Shown: positions 1 through 9,410 of the stretch, piece after piece
Layout of the letters: every line of letters starts with the position of its first letter
How positions within the stretch are numbered: the first letter of the stretch is position 1
Source of the DNA: Pelagibacteraceae bacterium
GTDB lineage: Bacteria > Pseudomonadota > Alphaproteobacteria > Pelagibacterales > AG-422-B15
NCBI GenBank assembly: GCA_038103905.1
Contig: JAYNZW010000001.1
Location: 144,818-208,817 of the forward strand
Direction of reading: 5' to 3'
Length of the DNA: 64,000 nucleotides
The notes under the pieces: generated by a model
Databases searched by the model: none
What the model saw: only the letters and a program-made list of their open reading frames with translations
What the model was told of the DNA's origin: nothing
Translations under genes and position numbers: made by a program

Positions 1-2159
<2,159 letters not shown>

Positions 2160-2208
2160 ATTAATTAATATAATTAATTTTTGAATTTAAAAAAGAAGAG
2201 AAAAACTT

Positions 2209-3501
2209 TTGAGACAAGGTAATTTAACAAAACAAGATAATATTTCTCTAAAACTTAGAACTCTTATCTTTTTCAATTGGATTGCAATTATTGGTCAATC
2301 TTTAGCAGTTTTTGTTTCATACTCACTTATTGATGTTGAGTTCAACCTCTACGCAACAATATCTTTAATTTTAATCTTATTATTATTAAATATTTTTTTA
2401 ACCTTAAGGTATCCAGTAACTAAGACTCTAAGTTTTAACGAAATTACAATCTATCTGTTATTTGATCTCTTCCAGCTTATTTCTTTACTATATCTTACAG
2501 GTGGTCTCACAAACCCTTTTTGTATCCTTATTCTAGTTCCCATAGTAATTTCTTCTACTTATCTTGATTTGAATCGAACAATATTTATTTGTTTAGCATC
2601 AATTATTTCTCTAAGTATTTTACTTTTTTTCTATGTTCCAATAAGTAGTGATTTAATCAATTTTAATAGTAGCAGCTTCTCTGAAGTTGAAATTTTTTCA
2701 ATATGGGGAGCATTAATTATAACACTTATTTTTATTTCTGCTTATTGCTTTAGAACTGCAAGTGAGTCTCGCAAGGCAGGTGAAGCCCTACGTGAAACTC
2801 AAATGGCATTATCAAATGAGGAAAAAGTATCTGCACTTATGAGTCTTACAGCTGCTGCGGTTCATGAACTAGGCACTCCACTCTCTACTATTTCAGTGGT
2901 CTCAAAAGAGCTTGTTGGAAATCTAAATAAAAATGACTCAAATTATGAAGATTTACTCTTGATACAAACACAAGTCAAAAGGTGTGCAGAAATATTAAAG
3001 AGACTTCGAACAAGTAATTTTGTGACTGGCAGTGATGAGTTTCTAAATGAATTTACATTTACAAGTCTCATAAATGAAGTACTAGAAGATTATTCTAATG
3101 AAAAAATTGAAGTTTCAATTAATGCTGATGATATTTTTGCTGAAAAGAACATAACTTTTTCAAGAGTTCCTGAGATTATTCAGTCTTTATCAAATATAGT
3201 GGATAATGCTTTTAAATATGCAGAAAATAAAATTATTATTAATTTGAAATATGCAGAAAAGTACATAATTGTTGAGATAATAGATGATGGAAAAGGCTTT
3301 TCCCCTGAAATTTATTCATTATTGGGAGAACCTTATGTTCGAAGGAGTATTGATAAGGAAGATAAAGGATTAGGCTTGGGCTTATTCATATCAAAAAATT
3401 TAATTGGTAAGACTTACGGTGATATTGAGTTTTTAAATCAGAAGCCAAACGGAGCATGTGTAAGAATTTATTTAAACAAGAAAGAATTAAATATTAGCTA
3501 G
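2209..3501 (+). CDS. regB: Redox-sensing histidine kinase RegB/PrrB family
   Basis: The N-terminal half has about six hydrophobic helices. Present are the RegB quinone-site heptapeptide GGLTNPF, the H-box AAAVHELGTPLSTI, a redox-box Cys in QVKRCAEILKRL, and ATP-lid motifs DDGKGF and GLGLGLFIS. The track start is TTG, so the exact start is uncertain. Confidence 0.85.
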   Translation: MRQGNLTKQDNISLKLRTLIFFNWIAIIGQSLAVFVSYSLIDVEFNLYATISLILILLLLNIFLTLRYPVTKTLSFNEITIYLLFDLFQLISLLYLTGGLTNPFCILILVPIVISSTYLDLNRTIFICLASIISLSILLFFYVPISSDLINFNSSSFSEVEIFSIWGALIITLIFISAYCFRTASESRKAGEALRETQMALSNEEKVSALMSLTAAAVHELGTPLSTISVVSKELVGNLNKNDSNYEDLLLIQTQVKRCAEILKRLRTSNFVTGSDEFLNEFTFTSLINEVLEDYSNEKIEVSINADDIFAEKNITFSRVPEIIQSLSNIVDNAFKYAENKIIINLKYAEKYIIVEIIDDGKGFSPEIYSLLGEPYVRRSIDKEDKGLGLGLFISKNLIGKTYGDIEFLNQKPNGACVRIYLNKKELNIS

Positions 3502-3505
3502 TTTT

Positions 3506-4036
3506 ATGAATGAAGATAATTCACTTTTAATCTTAGATGATGATGAAATCTTTTGTAAGCGATTACAAACGGCAATGAGTAGAAAAGGTTTTGACTCATA
3601 TGGAGCCTATTCAATCAAAGAAGCAAAAGAATTACTTAAAAATTCTATACCAAAATACGCTGTAATCGATTTGAGATTAGGTGATGGTAATGGACTTGAA
3701 GTTGTATCAATAATTTCAAAACAAAGAAAAGATAGTAAGATCATAATTTTAACTGGATATGGAAATATTCCAACTGCTGTTGCTGCGGTTAAGGAAGGGG
3801 CTTGTGATTATTTATCAAAACCAGCTGACGCCGACGATATTGAGGCCGCTCTTAGATCTCCATACGAGAAAATGCCTGATCCACCGATTAATCCGATGTC
3901 TGCAGATCGGGTTAAATGGGAGCATATTCTTAGAGTATATGAGCAATGCAATAGGAATGTATCAGAAACTGCTCGTAGACTTAAAATGCATAGAAGAACC
4001 CTTCAAAGAATTCTTCAAAAAAAGTCCCCACGATAA
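3506..4036 (+). CDS. regA: Response regulator RegA/ActR/PrrA family
   Basis: Receiver motifs LLILDDD, VIDLRLGDGNG and LSKPAD. It also has the near-invariant RegA-type HTH NVSETARRLKMHRRTLQRILQK. It lies 4 nt downstream of regB. Confidence 0.9.
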   Translation: MNEDNSLLILDDDEIFCKRLQTAMSRKGFDSYGAYSIKEAKELLKNSIPKYAVIDLRLGDGNGLEVVSIISKQRKDSKIIILTGYGNIPTAVAAVKEGACDYLSKPADADDIEAALRSPYEKMPDPPINPMSADRVKWEHILRVYEQCNRNVSETARRLKMHRRTLQRILQKKSPR

Positions 4037-4043
4037 AATAAGA

Positions 4044-5243
4044 TTATGCTGATTTCTTTAAATTATTGATTTCACTCAGAGTACTTACACCTTGGTCAGC
4101 AATCTCTTGACCTGCAACAGTATCATTTTCAGAATCTAGTTCATCCATATTTACGAACTCAGCATATGTTGCTTTAGTTCTGTCAGTAATAATATGCGCT
4201 TTAAGTAAAGTTTTAACCAAAACCCTGAATATATTATTTTGGTTTTTCATTTCATCTTTAATAACTTCACCCTGATCAATATATTTATGAAATTCTTGAT
4301 CAACCCATTTATAATCTAAGCCAACACAAGAATATACATGTTTCTTTTCAGTTGGATTTACAAGATTAAATAAAAGTTCAACAAATATTTTTTCAGCCCA
4401 ATCTTCAACTTTTATGTGCTCACTTTTTGATAACTTAGGAATAGTTCTGTCTGCCCAAATTTTACCAAACTTATGATGAAAAGCCTCGTCACTCATTGTG
4501 TACTTCAACAACGTTTTTAGAACGGGATCATTTGTATTTTCGTAAGCCATTGCAAAAGCGCCCATTGCTAATCCCTCAATCATCATCTGCATTCCAACGA
4601 TTTTCTTATAGACAACATCTGATGATACAATGTCATTAGCAACTCTTCCAAGTGTTGGGCCAACCTTATATGGCGCTCCCCATCTTGCTTGAATATATTT
4701 TGTGAAACCTGCCACATGCCTAGCTTCTTCTCTCGTTTGATTTGCAGCGTATTCTTGTGCACCAGGATCCCTTAAAACATGACAAAGACTAGCACTTAAA
4801 GACAGCGCAGCTTGCTCACCATGCAGTATTTGCGATAATACAAATCTAAAACTTTCATTATTTAACTTAATTAGTTGTTTTTCAGATAATTTATCTCTGA
4901 TGCTTGGTATTTGTAATTCAATTCCAAAAGGACCATCAGGGTCAACTATATTTTCATTATCAATATCAAACGGTATATCAAAATCGATGTATTTTTTGTC
5001 ATTAGGATCCCAAAAATGTTTGTGAGTCGCGCTTATAATTTTATCAAAGGCATCAGATCGATCACTGTATCGGTCTTCATCCATCATTGGAATAAAGTGT
5101 CTAGGGTTAGCAGCATTATACGCAGGATCTTTTGTTAGTGAGTTCTTACCAGTATTAGATGTTTGCCACTTTTCTTGGACTTTATATACTTTGTCTTTTG
5201 CAATTATTTTAGCAATTTGTATTTTCTGAGATAATTCAACCAT
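4044..5243 (-). CDS. Ferritin-like di-iron carboxylate protein (AurF/R2-like oxygenase fold), function unknown
   Basis: Full E...EXXH...E...EXXH ligand set: HGEQAA, REEARH, MMIEGLA, SDEAFHH. 399 aa with no signal peptide. Confidence 0.6.
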   Translation of the reverse strand: MVELSQKIQIAKIIAKDKVYKVQEKWQTSNTGKNSLTKDPAYNAANPRHFIPMMDEDRYSDRSDAFDKIISATHKHFWDPNDKKYIDFDIPFDIDNENIVDPDGPFGIELQIPSIRDKLSEKQLIKLNNESFRFVLSQILHGEQAALSLSASLCHVLRDPGAQEYAANQTREEARHVAGFTKYIQARWGAPYKVGPTLGRVANDIVSSDVVYKKIVGMQMMIEGLAMGAFAMAYENTNDPVLKTLLKYTMSDEAFHHKFGKIWADRTIPKLSKSEHIKVEDWAEKIFVELLFNLVNPTEKKHVYSCVGLDYKWVDQEFHKYIDQGEVIKDEMKNQNNIFRVLVKTLLKAHIITDRTKATYAEFVNMDELDSENDTVAGQEIADQGVSTLSEINNLKKSA

Positions 5244-5482
5244 ATGCAGAATTTAATTTAAAAAAATATAGAAGTAAACATACTATTAAATATCTAGATA
5301 TATCAATGTGACAAACAGTCAAATTTATTTAATAAAAAAAAATCAATTTAATCAATATCTTATAAAAATTAATCATAAAATTTATTTTAAAAAGATTATT
5401 GTTTTTTGTGTACTTTAACACAATTTTCCAATAATTTTAGCCAATCAAAAACGGGCTTTCAAAAAAAATAAACTAACTATTT

Positions 5483-8248
5483 ATGTTGCAGAAAATTGAA
5501 GATTTTGTTTTTAAGTTCAAGTTGTCAATATTAGGCATATTTGTTTTATTAACAATTGTTATGGGTTATTTTGCGCTCCAAATAAGAATGGATGCAGGAT
5601 TCTATAAGCAGTTGCCATCAAATCACGAATTTATACATACATATTTTCAATATCAAGATGCTCTTAGTGGTACTAATAGTATTACGATCTCTCTTAGAAC
5701 AACAGATGGGGAAATATTTGAAAAAGACTATCTTTCTAAGCTCTACGAACTTTCAGAAACTGTAAGATATCTTCCTGGAGTTAATCAAGCAAGTATGAAG
5801 TCTTTGTGGACTCCTAACACCAGAGTGATGAGGGTTACCGAGGAGGGCTTTGAAGCTACTACAGTTATACCAGGCAATATAACTCCTTCAGAATTAAATG
5901 ATGCTGAAATAAAAAATATCAGAGATAGAGTTTTGACTGGTGGCCATGTTGGAAGTTTAGTTGCCAATGACTTTTCAGCTTCTTTAATTAGAGTTGAACT
6001 TACCGAATTTGATCCTCGTACAGGAGAAAAATTAGACTATTTACAGCTTGGAAGAGAAATTGAATCTATACGTGATGAATATGAGCAAGGAAATTATAAA
6101 GTCGAAATAACTGGATTTGCAAAAATGATTTCTGATATTGCAAGTGAGGCTTATAATGTTGTTATATTTTTTGCTCTTGCTTTTATTTTAACAATTCTAG
6201 CAGTTTATTGGTATTCAAGGTCATGGACTTTAACTTTCCTTCCTTTAGTTTGTTCGCTTACTTCTTTGGTTTGGCAGTTCGGAATGTTAAAGGTTCTCGG
6301 TTTTGGACTTGATCCACTTGCAATTCTCGTTCCTTTCTTAGTTTTTGCTATTGGAGTTTCACATGGAATTCAACAGGTGAATCAAATCACAAAAGAAGTT
6401 ATTGATGGACGGTCAGCCGAATATGCTGCAAGAGCTAGTTTTTCAAGATTATTAGTTCCTGGCAGTATGGCTTTAGTTACTGATCTCGTTGGTTTTGGAA
6501 CACTTATTTTATTGCCAATTGGAATGATCCAAGAATTAGGTATTACAGCTTCAATTGGAGTTGCATTTAAAATTATAACAAATTTAATTATGCTTCCATT
6601 GGCTGCATCCTATGCAAGATATAACGATAATTTTGTTAAATCAGCATCATCAGCTATCGCATATAGAAGAAAAAGAGTAGCTATATTTGGACAGATGGCA
6701 AAGCCTCGAGCAGCTGGCATTACACTTACAGTAAGTGCAATATTATTTGCTGGTGCAATTTTTATGGCATCAGACAGACATGTCGGTGATTTACATGCTG
6801 GTGCGCCTGAACTCAGACCCGAGGCAAGGTACAATCAAGACATTTCAGAAATAACTAATAGGTACAATGTTACTACGGATGTTTTAGTTGTTATTTTTGA
6901 GAGTTTAGCAACAACTCTTGGGCTACCTGCTTGTAGAACAATTGATATGATGCAGGCCCAAGATAATTTTCATTGGTATGCAGAAAATATTGATGGAGTT
7001 GTTTCTGTAATATCTCTCTCCAGTATTGCTAAGAGAGGAATGAGTGGTTACGCAGAAGGCAATTTAAAATGGTCTTATTTACCAAGGAATGACAGAGCTT
7101 TGTCTTTTGCTTCTAGTGTTGTTGGCCCAGAATCAGGTTTAATGAATGAGAGCTGTTCGATCATGCCAATCTATATTTTTACGGAAGACCACAAAGCAAC
7201 AACAATCTCTCACATTATTGAGGAAATTGAAAATTACAAAGATCAGTTTTTAAAATCAGACGCCACATATACCATGAAGTCATTCATTAAAAGACCAAGC
7301 GAGGGTACTGATTTCATTTCTGAAGCAAACGTAGTAAGTGGTTTTTATGCTGGTGAATTAAAAGATTGGAATATAAATGAACATGAATATTTTAATTCTG
7401 ATGAATGGATTTTATTTGGCCATGAAAATAATTTCAATGTCAGAGATTTATGGACTAATAAACTTACTAGCTATTTTAGAGATATAGATCAATATGATGA
7501 AAAATTAGAACCTGCAGTAAGAGAAATTAGAAAAGCAGATATCGCTATCAAGACATTTTTTAATGAAAATCCAGATGTACCAGCAATTGTTTATGATATG
7601 GAAGAAATAAACTTTCGTTTAGCCAGTGGGACTGTGGGAATACAACATGCTACAAATGAAATTATTGAAGAGTCTGAAATACCGATGATGATGATTGTGT
7701 ATGCCGTTATCTTTTTACTAGTTTTTGGAACATATTTGGATTGGAGAGCAACTATTTGTTGCACGGTACCACTTACATTTGCAACGATGTTGGGATATGC
7801 ATTTATGGATATTATGCAGATAGGTTTAAAAGTTTCAACTTTACCTGTCATGGTTTTAGCCGTTGGTATAGGCGTTGATTATGCTTTCTATATTTACAAC
7901 CGACTTCAGACATATCTGAAAGAGGGCATGGAAATTTCTCAGGCTTTCGAACAAACTTTCGCTAATACAGGTGCTGCTGTTGTGTTTACTGCTTTAACTC
8001 TTGCAATTGGTGTATCGACTTGGTCTTTCTCAGCTCTTAAGTTTCAGGCAGATATGGGAATGCTACTGACATTCATGTTTCTTATTAATATGGTATGTGC
8101 AATGACTACGTTACCAGCATTAGCTGTTGTCTTAGATAAAGTTTTTCCAAGAAAAAATGATAGTATATTTAAATTTGTAGGTGGCCAATCTGGTGTTGCA
8201 TATTTAGTAGCAATCTCACTTGTTATTATCGCTCTATTTTTTATTTAA
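5483..8248 (+). CDS. RND-superfamily exporter (COG1033 / MMPL-HpnN-like)
   Basis: 921 aa built as two repeats, each a large soluble loop followed by about 5-6 TM helices. The first block spans roughly residues 215-375 and the second 735-870. It has an N-terminal anchor helix. Confidence 0.7.
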   Translation: MLQKIEDFVFKFKLSILGIFVLLTIVMGYFALQIRMDAGFYKQLPSNHEFIHTYFQYQDALSGTNSITISLRTTDGEIFEKDYLSKLYELSETVRYLPGVNQASMKSLWTPNTRVMRVTEEGFEATTVIPGNITPSELNDAEIKNIRDRVLTGGHVGSLVANDFSASLIRVELTEFDPRTGEKLDYLQLGREIESIRDEYEQGNYKVEITGFAKMISDIASEAYNVVIFFALAFILTILAVYWYSRSWTLTFLPLVCSLTSLVWQFGMLKVLGFGLDPLAILVPFLVFAIGVSHGIQQVNQITKEVIDGRSAEYAARASFSRLLVPGSMALVTDLVGFGTLILLPIGMIQELGITASIGVAFKIITNLIMLPLAASYARYNDNFVKSASSAIAYRRKRVAIFGQMAKPRAAGITLTVSAILFAGAIFMASDRHVGDLHAGAPELRPEARYNQDISEITNRYNVTTDVLVVIFESLATTLGLPACRTIDMMQAQDNFHWYAENIDGVVSVISLSSIAKRGMSGYAEGNLKWSYLPRNDRALSFASSVVGPESGLMNESCSIMPIYIFTEDHKATTISHIIEEIENYKDQFLKSDATYTMKSFIKRPSEGTDFISEANVVSGFYAGELKDWNINEHEYFNSDEWILFGHENNFNVRDLWTNKLTSYFRDIDQYDEKLEPAVREIRKADIAIKTFFNENPDVPAIVYDMEEINFRLASGTVGIQHATNEIIEESEIPMMMIVYAVIFLLVFGTYLDWRATICCTVPLTFATMLGYAFMDIMQIGLKVSTLPVMVLAVGIGVDYAFYIYNRLQTYLKEGMEISQAFEQTFANTGAAVVFTALTLAIGVSTWSFSALKFQADMGMLLTFMFLINMVCAMTTLPALAVVLDKVFPRKNDSIFKFVGGQSGVAYLVAISLVIIALFFI

Positions 8249-9187
8249 TTACTTATTAATAAGTTTAATAAATAATTCTTCAAAATCATTATCCTCAATA
8301 TTTATATCTTTAATATTAATTTGCAGACCAGCTAATTTTTGTAGTAACTCTTGATGAGTAACTAATTTTGGATCGTATTCTATTGTTAAACTATTAATAC
8401 CCTTAATGAATGAAATTTTTAGATCTTTGAAAATGTCTGTATCTATTACATTTGAGTCATCATGTTCGATAGTAATTTTTTTGTAATTCATCTTAGATTT
8501 TATTTTTTTTGTTTCATCTAAAACTAAAAGCTTACCTTTATTAATGATTGCTATTTCATCACATAAGTTTTCAGCTTCATGTAAATAATGAGTTGTTATA
8601 ATTATTGTTTTACCCTGAGTTTTTAATGATCTTATATTATCCCATAATGTTTGCCTTAACTCTACATCCACGCCAGCTGTTGGCTCATCAAGAATGAGTA
8701 TCTCGGGGTCATGAACCATGGCTTTAGCAATAAGTAATCTTCTTTTCATTCCACCAGAAAGAGTTCTGGCATAAGCATCAGCTTTATCTTCTAAAGCTAA
8801 TAATTTAAGAATTTTTTTTGTTTGCCTTTTTTCTTTTGGAACGCCATAGAGTCCTGCTTGTAGTTCTAATAACTCAAAAGGAGTAAAAAAAGGATCCATA
8901 TTCAATTCTTGAGGAACTATACCAATACGTGGCTTTATTTCATTTAGCTCTTTTGAATAATCTTTTCCAAGAACCTCGATACTACCCGAAGTTTTGTAAA
9001 CTAGGTCAGCGAGGATATTAATTATGGTAGATTTGCCAGCACCATTAGGTCCCAATAAACCAAATATAATTCCAGATTTAATTTCTAGCGAAATGTTATC
9101 TAAGGAGTAGGTTTTTTGATTTTTATAAATCTTTGATAAATTATTAATTTTTATTGCAATGTTTTCACTCATAACTATTTTGTACAA
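8249..9187 (-). CDS. ABC transporter ATP-binding protein (ABC-2/NatA type)
   Basis: Walker A GPNGAGKST, signature LSGGMKRRL, Walker B ILILDEPT and an H-loop TTHY. The track start is TTG at 9187, with an alternative ATG at 9172. No cognate permease is adjacent. Confidence 0.85.
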   Translation of the reverse strand: MYKIVMSENIAIKINNLSKIYKNQKTYSLDNISLEIKSGIIFGLLGPNGAGKSTIINILADLVYKTSGSIEVLGKDYSKELNEIKPRIGIVPQELNMDPFFTPFELLELQAGLYGVPKEKRQTKKILKLLALEDKADAYARTLSGGMKRRLLIAKAMVHDPEILILDEPTAGVDVELRQTLWDNIRSLKTQGKTIIITTHYLHEAENLCDEIAIINKGKLLVLDETKKIKSKMNYKKITIEHDDSNVIDTDIFKDLKISFIKGINSLTIEYDPKLVTHQELLQKLAGLQINIKDINIEDNDFEELFIKLINK

Positions 9188-9227
9188 TTAATAGTTTTTA
9201 TTTTAATTTCTTGTATCATATAAACTT

Positions 9228-9407
9228 ATGAGCTCACCAGATAAAAAAGATTCACACTATCAAGTTTCTGAAATTGTTCACAGTAAAAAGGTTAGTTGTG
9301 ATGGAGGTGGAGGTGTCTTAGGACATCCAAAAATATATCTTGATATGGGAAAAGAAAATCAAATTATCTGTCCTTACTGTAGTAAAAATTTTATTCTTAA
9401 ACTTTAG
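9228..9407 (+). CDS. zf-CHCC-type zinc-finger mini-protein (59 aa), absent from the supplied ORF track
   Basis: My own translation is MSSPDKKDSHYQVSEIVHSKKVSCDGGGGVLGHPKIYLDMGKENQIICPYCSKNFILKL. The pattern C-x8-H ... C-x2-C and HPKIYL match the small alphaproteobacterial / NDUFS6-like zinc-finger family. It fills the gap before polA exactly. Confidence 0.7.
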   Translation: MSSPDKKDSHYQVSEIVHSKKVSCDGGGGVLGHPKIYLDMGKENQIICPYCSKNFILKL

Positions 9408-9410
9408 TTT

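Noticed and set aside
3759-4052. Track ORFs nested in or antisense to strong genes. Examples: 30-245, 3759-4052, 5785-5967, 6610-6834, 7591-7851, 10118-10360, 11251-11538, 12592-12807, 13108-13329, 14604-14795, 15116-15394, 15471-15692, 17236-17604, 17352-17585, 18509-18790, 19035-19226, 22015-22200, 23876-24061, 26205-26387, 31213-31482, 32298-32507, 32626-32838, 34069-34482, 36644-36856, 37664-37909, 37714-37905, 41509-41694, 42516-42770, 43651-43905, 44399-44596, 46194-46382, 46903-47127, 50335-50607, 50815-51018, 52659-52880, 54784-54993, 55148-55342, 56266-56481, 58399-58590, 59920-60108 and 61778-61963
   Set aside because: Each lies wholly or almost wholly inside a longer ORF that has clear family motifs. 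Their translations are low-complexity or hydrophobic shadow sequences with no recognisable motifs. The longest ones sit opposite Ala/Gly-rich, relatively GC-rich genes (amt, RND), where antisense frames stay open by chance.
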